A stretch of DNA of 64,000 bases, taken from contig OZ024741.1 in assembly GCA_964016885.1 (NCBI GenBank), positions 183,334,001-183,398,000 of the forward strand, written 5' to 3'. The DNA comes from Eledone cirrhosa. Lineage: Eukaryota. Position 1 is the stretch's first letter, and every line of letters starts with the position of its first letter. The notes below the pieces were generated by a model that was given only the letters and a program-made list of their open reading frames with translations, had not been told where the DNA came from and made no database searches. Both the position numbers and the translations under genes were made by a program. Shown here one piece after another: positions 23,595 to 35,480 of the stretch.

Positions 23595-25022
23595 GTAAGA
23601 TGTTCACTAACTTAACACTGGTAGGTGGTGAATTGGCAGAGTTGTTAGAGCATTGGGTAGAAAATCTTGAATTATTTGCTCCAGCTTTCTACATTCTGAG
23701 GTCAAATCTCATTGAGGCCAACTTTAATCTTCAATCCTTTGAGGTCAATATACAGGATGTACCCCAAAAATGCGTACACACTTCAATAGCATTCTAATAA
23801 ATATGCATATACCTTGTATATAGTACCTGTCCAGTACTGGGGTTGAGTCTTTGTTTTGTTTTCTTTCTATCTCTGGAAGAAATCAGTTGGGTTCAGACAT
23901 GGAGAGGGATTGTCTCTACAAGCTTCAAAATGCCTAATACATGCTGCATGTCATGATAGTGCCCCCCAACCTCCATCACGACAACTCTGTTAAGATTTGA
24001 GAGCTCAAGGAAGAAAGAAGGAAGAACAACAGATGTCAACTGAAACAGCTGTTGATTTATATCACTTGCAGTGTTCTTTGTATTCCAGTAGATGTAAAAA
24101 ATAAAATAAATTTGAACAAAAGAAAAAAGTGTAAGAATCATTATCCAAGGAAACTAGTGATGGCATGTGTTGGCAACATTTAGACCATAGAAATGTTTAT
24201 TGAAGTCTTGGTTAAGTTCAATTGCCATAAGGAATGAAGGATCTAATCTTTTTTAACTCCCCTTGCTCTTTGTCTGGATTTTTCATTTGTTTCAATAATT
24301 GTCTCTACTTTTGGCATAAGGCCAGCAATTACCCCAGTGCATTACTGGTACTTTATTTTATTGATCCTGTAAGGATGAAAGGCAAAGTTAACCTCGGCGG
24401 GATTTGAACGTAGAACGTAAAGGGCCATAACTCTATGCTGCAAAGCATGGAGTCCGATGCTCTAATGAATACTCATTAGGTTTACATGTAAGTGACTGAG
24501 TATTTTAGAGACACATGGACCCTTAATTATATTCCTAATCAGAATCAGCATGACACTATGTGTATCAAAACTGGAATTTTGAATTACAGCTACAGTCTCC
24601 CCAATTTCAAGGCTTGGGTTGACCTGAGGTTATGGTAAAGACATTTTTCCAAGATGTCATGCTTGGATTTGAACTCGAGACTTCATAATTGTGAAGCAAA
24701 CTTCTTAACCACTCAGACAAGAAAAAACAGTTTGAAGTCAAGCAAGAAATATCAGTCTGAAGTCAAGCATAACCAGTGCTGGAAGCTACATGGAGCAAAT
24801 TGAATAGATATATGATATCGAATGATAATGTGGCACAAATAATTCTGTGACTAAAGGGCTAATAATGGTTTTATTTCTACCTTAGGTACAAGGCCAGCAA
24901 TTTTGTGGGGAGGGGAATGTCAGTTACATTGACCCCAGTATTTGACTAGTACTTTGTTTTATCGACCTACCTATCTACTCATCTATCTACCAAGCTATCT
25001 ACTTAAATAAGTTTGATTCTAG

Positions 25023-25062
<40 letters not shown>

Positions 25063-25409
25063 GATAACTATAGAAAGAGAGAAAAAGAGAAAGGAATATA
25101 TATATCATCATCATCATCATCATTTTCGATTAACGTCCATCTTCCATACTAGCATGACTTAGACAGGTTTGTCCCATTTAGAGGCAAGTTGAGTCAGGTC
25201 ACCGTGTCTCATTCATATAGGAGAGTTTGTCGCTGGTTTTCTATGGTTGGATGCCCTTCCTAACGCCAACCACATTTACAGTGTGTGTTGGGTGCTTTTT
25301 GTCGTGACACCTACATGATCACTTTACAATGCGGGCTGGATGTTCTTTACAGTGTGGACTGGGCGCCTTTGTTGTGATGGTGGACTTCAGAGATTTTATA
25401 GTGTTACGG

Positions 25410-26090
25410 GGGCATTGATTGACTTCCCTCCCAACTATATCTCATATGTAGTACTCCTCTGGATTTAGGTTTGGATAGCTAGGAGACAATATGTTTTAGG
25501 GTGAAGTGATTGTGGATACTGTAACTCATCCATTCTTGGTTTATCTTGTCCTTTCGAGATGGCACATAGTTTTGTTAGTAGGTGCATGGTCTTCCTCTGC
25601 TCACACTCACTATCCAAGGCCTCACAACCCTTTTCAACACCTCCTTATAATCAGCAGCATTAGTCCTTACACTCCGAGGAAAAAGTGAAGAGGCATGACA
25701 TCTTTGTCACTGCTTATGACTCCCAGAACCATCAAAGTTGCTGGAAACTTTGTGTGCATGATTGGTGGAATATTTTTGGGGTTTCTGCATAACCATCTGT
25801 CATTCCTTCGGTTGACCTTTTGGTCAATCAGAGAAAAACCAAAGCATTCCAGGCTTGAAACCTTGAGCTCCTTAGCAATGGTGTTAATTGAATTTCTGGG
25901 GTTCTTATCGATAATTTTCTGTACTTTTCATACAGATTTGTGTGTTCTGATGGTAGTAGGAGTCTTTGTAGGAATTTTACATTTGTCTACCACTGTAGAA
26001 TACCCACCAGCAGTTTCCACTTCTTTGTGAACTTTGACAACAATTGATCATGCAACTTTCAGGAAGCAAACAATCTCTAAATCACTATGC
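25410..26090 (-). mobile_element. Decayed Tc1/mariner (maT/DD37D-like) transposase
   Basis: The reverse strand reads WFFSD../DQKVNRRNDRWLC..MHTKFPATLMVLGVISS..VMPLHFF..VVRPW, interrupted by frameshifts. Confidence 0.75.
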
Positions 26091-26099
26091 TCAGCCTTT

Positions 26100-26740
26100 A
26101 AGGCAACAGTTACAGCATGCCTTTTCATTTGCTGAGTTAGCTTTATGTCTGTCATCAGTTATTTGAAAAGAAATGATAATCAGCCTGCACATCGGGGTTT
26201 CCCTGAGGCTTGGCTTCTGGATTTGCAAGCCACACAGATGTCGTTCTACATCCGCTTTCCTGTCACTACACTGCCATGCTGCTCTCAACGAGGTCATAAA
26301 GCATGGATTGGATGTTGCAGGCTTCCCCTCCCAGCTGGAGCCAGTGGGGCTGGACCGAGGAGATGGTAAAAGGCCAGATGGCATGACCATCTTCCCATTC
26401 TGCAGTGGTAAACTCCTCGTCTTGGATGCCACTTGCAACGACACATTCTCCAGCAGCAGCCTGGTGCAGTCTGCAACTAACCCATATTCTGCTGCACTTC
26501 GGGCTGAGGAGGGTAAACTCTCCAAGTATCGGTCGCTCTCCGACAGTTTGCAGTCGAGCCCCTAGCAGTGGAGACTTCTGGTGTCCTTGGCCCTAGGGCT
26601 ACCTCCATACTTACCACCATAGGTGCTGAGTTGGCAAGCCTCAGGTGTGAGCCTCGCAAGATGGAATGGATCTTCCAATGCATCTCCCTTACGATCCTCC
26701 GAGGAAACTCCTTCTCCATTCTGTCTACTGGGGCCGTGGG
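26100..26740 (+). mobile_element. CRE-like LINE fragment (zinc finger plus restriction-like endonuclease)
   Basis: HAALNEVIK..LEPVGLDRGDGKRPDGMTIFPF..LDATCNDT, followed by AVETSGVLGP..WIFQCISLTILRGN. Confidence 0.85.
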
Positions 26741-27451
26741 GTGGCCAGCCCGTGGGACCCTCTTTACTCATAATACAGAGAGATGGGGAGGACGAGAGTG
26801 ATGGAGGCAATGACAGTGGCAGTTCGGTACCTCTGTGTTCGTACCTGGTGTCCAACAAATTGTTAAAAGCTTTACAAAACTCATAGTTAAAAAACTACTT
26901 CGTGGAAAAAGTCAGAGCTATTAAAAAATATGTCCTCAAAAAACTGAGCAGCCATGCATGGAAAAGTGGACGTTAAATGGTGATGATGATAATGATGATG
27001 ATATATGTAACAAATTTAATATAGAAATGGCTTCTATATCATTCGAAGGAAAAATCATCTGGATGATTTCCTCCGAATGAAACAGTTCTAGTCCTGTAAA
27101 AAACATTTCTATATTAAATTTGTTGTATATACTCTACTAATATAGAGCACCTTACTTACAGTAGTTACCCCCATTGAACCTGGAACTTACATATATATAT
27201 ATATATATATATTCACATACATATATATATCAACACTTATATGGACCTCTCAAATTCGTTTTCAAATTGGATTTTCATTCTGAAATTGGATCTACACCTG
27301 GAGTTTACCTGAACTTAAACCAGGAAATCTTTTTGTATCACTGATATTTTTTTTGTTTCTTGCATTATTTAAATATACAATGACTCTCTATCACTTTTCC
27401 TCCACTATACTCTTCGTACTTCCACCTTCTTCTCACCTGTCCCTCATTCTT

Positions 27452-27487
27452 TCTTCTGATGAAGGACTAGTATCCGAAACGTTAAGA
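27452..27487 (+). ncRNA. Minimal type I hammerhead motif (family E)
   Basis: UCUU-CUGAUGA-AGGA(CUAGUA)UCC-GAAA-CG-UU-AAGA. The sister copy at 30699-30734 has G12>A. Confidence 0.7.
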
Positions 27488-27822
27488 CCCTCTTTCTGCT
27501 ATTTCAAGCATTAAAACTAATATATTCCTTCCATATACTGTACCAACTGTGTTGGTATTTCTGTTTACCTTTTACATATATATATATATATATATAAGGA
27601 GATAGAGAGAGAGAGAGAGAGAGAGTGGGGATGTCATTTAGGCTCTGTGGGTAAGTAAATGACAAAACCTCTCTTCCTCTTCCTCACTCTCAGATGAGAT
27701 TTCAAGCTCCACTTCTCCCATGAGAAAGTTGAACTCTTCTTTCTTAACACTAATTAAACTTAACAAACATTTCAGTCCAACTCTCCAATGGAATAGTTGT
27801 TCCCAGTTTTCTCAGGTTCCAG

Positions 27823-27951
27823 ATTTTACCATATTCCAATGGCCAGTCTTCTTTTCGTTATGAACAGCCATCAAATGGTCAAGTGAAGAATATTTACAGG
27901 AATTACCAGATGGGACCAATATTAAGTGGCCACAGAGAGGCAGGTCTGTGA
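27823..27951 (+). CDS. MOK: Candidate terminal coding exon of MOK
   Basis: ttccag acceptor and a phase-0 open frame ILPYSNGQSSFRYEQPSNGQVKNIYRNYQMGPILSGHREAGL-stop in non-repetitive sequence. Alternative acceptors lie nearby. Confidence 0.4.
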   Translation: MLPYSNGQSSFRYEQPSNGQVKNIYRNYQMGPILSGHREAGL

Positions 27952-28010
27952 ATTCAATTCTGAATGAAGTCTTCTATTTTCTTCTACTTCTTCTTTTAAT
28001 CATTATCACC

Positions 28011-28053
<43 letters not shown>

Positions 28054-28295
28054 CCATCATAAATACAACTTCACCTGAATTCTATCTGATCACAGAACAG
28101 TATCACCCTGTAATTAAGGGTTCTTTCTCTTTTTAGTTTGCTAAAAATAATATTCATAATGACAACAATGATGATGATGATTTGTAACATTGATAAAAAT
28201 AATAATTAAAAAAAATTTTAACAAAAGATAAAGAAAAAATACAAAAACAAAATTTGATATTTGACTTGTATATCCTTCAATATATATAAATGTAT

Positions 28296-28335
<40 letters not shown>

Positions 28336-28356
28336 ATGCGTCTGTTTATATTTATA

Positions 28357-29580
28357 TCATCATCATCATCATCATCATCAACGTTTAACGTCCGTGTTCC
28401 ACGCTTGCATGGGTTTGGACGGGGGTAGTCCCACTTGAGGCAAGAGTGATTGTCTTGCTCGCATAGGACTGTCTGGCAGGTTTTCTACAGTTGGATGCCC
28501 TTCCTAACACCAACCACATTTACAGTGTGGGTCTGGGAGGATTTTACCGTGTTGCCTACACGGCCACATTACAGCGTGGACTGTGTGTTTTTTTGTCGTG
28601 ACACCTACACGATCTCATTTGTTTCGGCCTCGATGGCGCGGCACCAACATAACTTTACATAGAACAGGGTGGTGTGGATGGGGTGGGGGTGGTGGTGGTG
28701 GGACGGGGTGTATTTTGTTAGAGATGCCTACTGGCTGGAGTAGGTTTTACTATATATTTAGGTAAGGCGGGTCTTCTCTGTTACTGAGTACCGCCAAAGG
28801 TCTCGGTCCAGTGACATTGTCTTGGAGAGGTGTAAGTGTGTGATGTCGGAGTTTATCAGCTCGTCCCAGGTTTTTCTAGGTCTGCCTATTCCGTGACTAC
28901 CGTCTATCTTTATTGCCCTGCACTTTGTTATACAGCTATCGACTTTCATGCGCATCACGTGTCCATACCAACGTAGCCTTCTCTCGAGTAAACAACATCT
29001 GATCCCTCTTATCTCTAATTTTTTCCTTAGTTCGTTTATGCTTTGCCGTTCACGTATATTACTGTTACACATCCAGCGGAGCATGCAAGCTTCGTTCCTC
29101 TCTAGTCTGCGTATATCCTCTGCACACAATGCCCAGGTCTCACTGCCATGCAGCATTGCTGTTCGTATGCAGGCATCGTACAACCTGCCTTTCATTTTTA
29201 GTGAGAACCCTTTAGCAGCTAATAGTGGTATAAGCTCTCTGAACTTTTTCCAACCAGTTCTGACTCTAGCTACAGTACTTTCAGAGCACCCTCCCCCACT
29301 ACTGATTTTATCGCCCAGGTAACGGAAGCTGTCCACTATTTCTATAGAACCCTCTGCGCAATTGAAAGAGCTAGTAGTTTGTGGGCACTTGCTGCTACTT
29401 ATTGCACCAGAGCACCGGCCACATGTAAAATCTATGTTCTTAGTTAGCTTACCTGTGATCCCACTACATCTTTTATGCACCCATACTTTGCATTTAGGAC
29501 ATAAAATGGAGTTTCTACCTACGCCTTTCCTACACACCGAGCACGACCATTTCCCAGAAGGGACCGCCGCCTTGTTTTCT
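28357..29580 (-). mobile_element. 5'-truncated RTE-type LINE with an open C-terminal ORF, 3' UTR and (GAT)n tail
   Basis: ORF 28758-29537 reads CSVCRKGVGRNSILC..WVHKRC..FRYLG..ARVRTGWKKF..MLHGSETW..RRLRWYGHVMRM..GRPRKTW. Confidence 0.92.
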
Positions 29581-29811
29581 TTCCATTATATATACATATA
29601 AACTTCACTGATCATTAGGATAAATGTGTGATAAATTCATTTCTTCATTTAACACACATTTCGCTAAATGTAGGAATATAAATGTCAATTAGATTATATT
29701 CCAGCAATTAGTGAAATAAAAACAATGTATATATATATGTGTGTGTGTATATATATATATATATATAATGGAAACATTTGAACAGGGACAAAACAGAGAG
29801 GCAGTACAACG

Positions 29812-29970
29812 ACCCCGACGGCTGAGCTCAAGCCGTTTTGAAGGCTAATTCTGGAGTCCAGAATTAGCCGTCGGGGTCCTACTCGTTCCTATTACCCACT
29901 CTACTACCCTAAGTATTGAGTACTTTGGTGCGTTATGGTCCACCTGGTTCCTTACCACATTTCCTTCGTT
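29812..29970. mobile_element. Family A fold-back relic
   Basis: An inverted copy of the hammerhead 3' half is followed by a sense copy deleted between two AGCCGTC repeats, then the family tail. Confidence 0.75.
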
Positions 29971-30470
29971 ATATATATATATATCATCATCATCATCATC
30001 ATCATCGTTTAACGTCCATATTTCACGCTTGCATGGGTTTGGACGAGAGTTTTCCCACTTGAGGCAAGAGTGGTTGTCTTGCTCGCATAGGACTGTCTGG
30101 CGGGTTTTCTACGGCTGGATGCCCTTCCTAACACCAACCACATTTACAGTGTGGAACTGGGAGGTTTTTACCGTGTTACCTACATGGCCACATTACAGCA
30201 TGGACTGTGTGTTTTTTTGTCGTGACATCTACACGACCTCATTTGTTTCGGATATATATATATATATATATACACATACATATATATGTAAGTATGCACA
30301 CCCATATATATATATATATACATACACATATATACATATAATATGTGCGTATGGGTTATATCGAACATTAATAATAATGTTCGATTCGTTTGTAAACAAA
30401 CAGCTCGATTTAAAGCTGTGCCGTGCTGGTGACCGATTGTCACCTGTTTGTTCAACACTGGCTTTGAGGA

Positions 30471-30513
30471 ACAATCAACATGTTTCTGGGTCATTACCCT
30501 TCATCAGGACTGT
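30471..30513 (-). ncRNA. Minimal type I hammerhead motif (family F)
   Basis: Reverse complement reads ACAGUC-CUGAUGA-AGGGU(AAUG)ACCCA-GAAA-CAUG-UU-GAUUGU. Confidence 0.75.
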
Positions 30514-30857
30514 ATACCTCTGCCAGTGTGTATGTATATATATATATATATACTCACACACACACACACATATATATATATATGTATATAAGAGATGGTA
30601 ACATGAATGGACCTGTTATTTTTCTCTGAAAAATCTTTCCCTTTTCCACCCTGCCTGTCTCCTCAATCTTTCTATTTCTTCTTTTATTTCTCATTCTTTC
30701 TTCTGATGAAGGACTAACGTCCAAAACGTTAAGACTCTCTTCCTGCTATTTCAAGAATTAAACTAATATATTCCTTGCATATACTGTGCCATTTGTTTTG
30801 TTATTTCTGTTATTTCTATTTAACTTTAGTGTGGAAGATGGACGTTAAACGATGATG

Positions 30858-30894
<37 letters not shown>

Positions 30895-31208
30895 AACATG
30901 GGAACAAAGGGGAATACTGCATGGTTGCACATGGGTTACATATTATAAAATTAGTCCCTCATCAGTGATTTGCCAACCATCATTGGTATTTCATCGCATT
31001 AAAAATCAGATACCTCAGGTTGGTGCGAGCAATAACTAAAATAAGCTATTGGGACAAGTGAATCGCGTAAAGCGAGTGAGACAAGTAAACAACATAGAAG
31101 GAAAAGCAAACCGAAGGTAGGAAAACAGCAAGCAACATGATGGTTATCCAGTCAGCATAAGCTGGGTGAATTTCATGAGCGGTCAGAAAACAGACCGTTC
31201 GCCGTGAA

Positions 31209-31278
<70 letters not shown>

Positions 31279-31281
<3 letters not shown>

Positions 31282-31454
31282 TGGTAACACAACAGTTAGT
31301 TCACCATACCGAGAACAATTGTTTCACCTTAGTGGATCCGCTAAGGTGAAACAATTGTTCTCGGTATGGTGAACTAACTGTTGTTACTACTTCTACCTAA
31401 CTCGTCTCATGGACTGAGTGCTCTACCACTACGGATATTACCTTCCAGTGTTCT
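31279..31454. mobile_element. Second copy of the family B fold-back element
   Basis: Same arms and tail as 3111-3325, but the palindrome is centred on GGATCC (31334-31339). Flanked by (TA)n. Confidence 0.85.
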
Positions 31455-31479
31455 CCCTCTCTCTCTATATATATATATA

Positions 31480-31876
31480 ACCAAAGATTAATATGGTTCG
31501 TTGATTACTCAACGAATACAATATTACAATAGATTAGAAGCACTCAACAGAAGATTTTCCTGGAGTTTTTAATATTATTCAAAATGTTAATAAATGAAAA
31601 ATATTCTCGTAATCAAAATATATATTTTTATTATACATATTTCAAAGGTATAATGGTGTTTAAGTACGTTTTCATCAGATAAAATATATGATTTGATATG
31701 TGACATACCGCTACCAATACTGGAATTGAATAATCAAAACCGGAGCGGTATGTCACATATCAAATCATATATTTTGTCTGATGAAAACGTACTTAAACGC
31801 CATTGTACCTTTGAAATATGTATAATAAAAAAATATATTTTGATTACAAGAATATTTTTCATTTATTAACATTTTA

Positions 31877-31883
<7 letters not shown>
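31480..31883. mobile_element. Family D fold-back element with hammerhead cores on both strands (31626-31684 on -, 31772-31830 on +)
   Basis: ~140 bp inverted arms. Core UUUU(A/G)U-CUGAUGA-stem II-GAAA-UAUGUA-UA-AUAAAA. Flanked by (TA)n. Confidence 0.8.
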
Positions 31884-31913
<30 letters not shown>

Positions 31914-33617
31914 TTAGGATTCAGTTCTTAGCCTACTGCTATTCATCATAGTTCTCCAGGTCATAACAGAAGAGTTTAAGTCTGGCTGTCCATGGAAACT
32001 TCTCTATGTGGATGATCTGGGTTTTATAGCTGAATCCATAAAGAACTAGGATCTAGAAAAGGCCTGTGACAGAGTATCTTGATCTATTACACTGGTCAAC
32101 ACACTTTTTGCTGACTTAGGTTTTGTTGTTATTTTTAGATAATTTTGAGGTTTTGATTTCAAATATGGCATCCACTTTTTCCTAACACATCAGATTTTAA
32201 TTCTATAGCATATCCTTATTTTATTATACACTGTATGAATAATATAATTTACTTAGGATGGATTACTAAGTTTTATAGCTAGAAACCATAAGTAATTACT
32301 TATAGCTAGAAACCATAAGTAATAATGTCAATAGAATCTGATAAGATAGATGAAATATAAGATAACATCACCTTTTATTAAATATATCTTGTTAATTCTC
32401 AAATAAAAGGGATAAAACACAAACATCATACACTAACCAACATATTCAACAAATTTTTGCTTAAGAGAGCGCTTGGAGTGTTTCATGTCTACACAGTCTC
32501 TTTGAAAACCCCAACAGTAGTCTGCCATCATGTGTATGTTCCATCTAAATTGATATCTCTCTTCCATAACCATGATAACTTGATGGAAGCACTTGCTCAT
32601 GTCTCCAAGATTAGCAGGAAATTCATCGAGATGGCTCTTGGGGAAATGAATCTTTATGCTCATATTGCAGCCTTAAAAATGAAAGCTATTGAGCAATGTC
32701 TCCACCAAATCCTTGTAGTTTGCAGCCTTTTTGAAGCCCCAAAGTCCTTTCACAACAGACACAAAGGAATCCCATGCTCTTTTCTACGTCAGTCATCGAC
32801 CTCGAGAAGTCTTGGCATTTCATTAACTTTCTGATTTGTGTCCCATAAAAAACACCAGCCTTTATTTTATCATAACTTAGGCCAGGAAATGTTGTACATA
32901 TGAATTAGAAACAGTCACCCTCCACATTAAGAGCTTTGACAAACTGCTTCATTAGTCCTAGTTTAATATGTAGGAGTAGGAAGATGATTTCCTCTCGCCC
33001 AACAAGTGGTTGGTGTATGATATTCTTCTCAACAATCAAACTTTTTCTAACAGGCCAGTGCTTCTGTTCCCAATGTTTGTCTTTCACTCGGCTATCCCAT
33101 AAACACAGGAAACACAGATGTTTTGTATACCCTCCTTGTTGGCCAAGTAAAAAGTTGACCATTTTCAGATCCACACATATGTCCCATTTGTGTTCATCAT
33201 ACTTGAATAAATCTAATACAGTTTTTATGTTTTCATGCTTCTCTTTTAAGTGCACAGAGTGACCAATAGGAATTTCACCTAACAACTTTCCATTATGGAG
33301 TAATACACATTTTAGACTCATCTCTATACAGAGTCTTCATTCATGAGGATCACACTGTAGAACAACCAGTGTTTTTAACAATCCCACCATGTTACAATAG
33401 CAAACAAAATTCTTTCAGTTTTAAAGAATGTCTAGAGATCTTTTTCCCTGTTCTTATAAAAAGTTACATTTGGTATATTCTTCTCTTTAAGTCTAGAAGC
33501 TAACAGTTCTGATAACTCTTTTGACAGACCTAAGTCTCTAACTAAATCATTCAGTTCTGCCTGCTTGAAGTTTTTACGTACCTTGGTTGCTGTATCTACA
33601 AAGTCTGTATCACTGTT

Positions 33618-34030
33618 ATAATAATAATAATAATGAAATTATTGTGTAAAGTGCTCAGGTGCACTACAACTCGTCAAAGGTGTATGTATAGTACATAAAA
33701 TAATACACAAATGTCAGGGAAGTGAATAGTGTATGAGTCATGGTATACATGTGTGTATGTGTATGGAGGGGGAACATTAGCTGTAGTGTTGGCGGATCTC
33801 GGGAAGCATGGAGGCCTTAAAGGATGCAGTGTCGCGACAGCTAACAACTGATGCAGGTAGTTTGTTCCATGCTTCAACAACTCTGAGCGTGAAAAAATGT
33901 TTCCGAAAGTCATGGGAACTGTGCTGTTTTCTTACTTTGTGGGCATGTCCACGTGTGTTAGACACATGGAAATCAAAAAGATACTCAGGGTTGTTGTTGG
34001 CAACATGGTTAACAATTTTTTGGGTGTTTA
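33618..34030 (-). mobile_element. CR1/L2-type LINE 3' fragment nested in the DNA transposon
   Basis: TRGHAHKVRKQHSSHDFRKHFFTLRVVEAWNKLP with an (ATT)n tail. Confidence 0.85.
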
Positions 34031-34065
34031 TTCATCTGATATACATATATCACTTTCATCTTCCA

Positions 34066-34329
34066 GTGAAGGTAATTCTGTGTAAACGTGTACTGGTACT
34101 TCATCTGAGTGAAGGTAATTCTGTGTAAACTGGTACTGGTACTTCATCTGAGTGAAGGTAATTCTGTGTAAACGGTTACTGGTACTTCATCTGAGTGAAG
34201 GTAATTCTGTGTAAACGGGTACTGGTACTTCATCTGAGTGAAGGTAATTCTGTGTAAACTGGTACTGGTACTTCATCTGAGTGAAGGTAATTCTATGTAA
34301 ACGGGTACTGGTACTTCATCTGAGTGAAG
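34066..34329. repeat. 43-bp tandem repeat, 6 copies plus a partial copy
   Basis: GTGAAGGTAATTCTGTGTAAACnnnTACTGGTACTTCATCTGA starting at 34066, 34109, 34152, 34195, 34238 and 34281. Confidence 0.95.
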
Positions 34330-35008
34330 CACGGGACGAATTACTGATTTGTGTAATATATTTTCTTTTGAGTTTTCTTGCTATAACCAGAAGTCTTTGG
34401 GAGACAAAAGTAGCAATCTTCTTCATGGTTCTTTGGCTCCTGCCATATCATAAGAAGGCCAAATGCTAGTTGTTTCCTTGTGCTCTTTGTCCATTGGTGT
34501 AGATTTTTGACACATGGTTTACATACATTGTGCTGGGCTCACGATTTATCCTGATCACCAAGTTTAAGCTTAAAGTAAGCCAAGTATGCTTTTTCACAAA
34601 TTCACTAATGTTTATTCTTTGACTTGATACTGTAAAACAACTGCATATATAGCAAAAAGTGTCAGGAGAATGCAAACATTTTCTTCATAATGAAGCCATA
34701 CTACTGAACACCTGTGTTATTTCTTAAAAACAATCTGAAAAGAGGAAAAATAATTATTAGATATAATATATTTACATATCTAGGTGTATCTAGATAGATA
34801 AAAAGATGAAATAAAATATCACCATAAATTATTTCCTATGATATCTCTTATAGCTATGGGTGGGGCCAATATGGACCAGCCCATAGATAAAAAAATTCGA
34901 CGCAATAATAAAAAGGTATTGTCATTTTTAAACTCAGCAGCCCCAAATTACTCAAGAGCAAGTCTCAAACTTAGGTCAGCAAAAAAAGCATAATTTTGTT
35001 GACCTGTG

Positions 35009-35480
35009 GTGGTTCTGAAGGAAATTGAGTGCAAAAGAATGGCTTTTTAGAAAGGTGCAAGCCATGTACTGAGGAGCTGTTAGTAAAGTGAGAGTAAGAT
35101 GTGAGTTTAGTGAGGAATTCAAGGTACAGGTAGGAGTTCATCAGAGTTTGGTTCTTTGCCCACTGCTATTCATCATAGTTCTCCAGGCCATAACAAAGGA
35201 GTTTAAAACTGACTTTCTATGGGAAATTCTCTATGTGGATGATCTGGTCGCATAAAAGAACTAGAGAATAAGTTCTGACTGTGGAAACAGAATTTGGAAA
35301 CAAAAGGTCTAAGAGTAAACTTAGCCAAAACTAAAGTGCTAGTGAGTAGAAAAGAAGTTAGGGCCCTGATTCCTTCAGGGAAGTGGCCCTGCTCAATATG
35401 TAGAAAAGGAGTTGGCAAAACTCTATAAGATGTGCATAATGTAAATCTTGGGTACACAAGAGATGTAGTGTGATAACAGG
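35009..35480 (+). mobile_element. RTE-type reverse transcriptase relic; its upstream part lies at about 31910-32089
   Basis: VGVHQ..LCPLLFIIVLQAITKEFK..WEILYVDDL, and DLEKACDRV immediately before the DNA transposon. Confidence 0.8.

Larger units (their letters stand above)
32090..35008 (-). mobile_element. Chapaev3-like (CMC) DNA transposon, full span, with a decayed transposase
   Basis: Termini CACTGGTCAAC...GTTGACCTGTG. Peptide remnants CLHSPDTFCYIC, SLKCVLLHNG..WDICVDLKMVNFLLGQQGGYTK..CFLCLWDSR and MSIKIHF..MMADYCW. The superfamily is assigned from recalled motifs. Confidence 0.75.
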
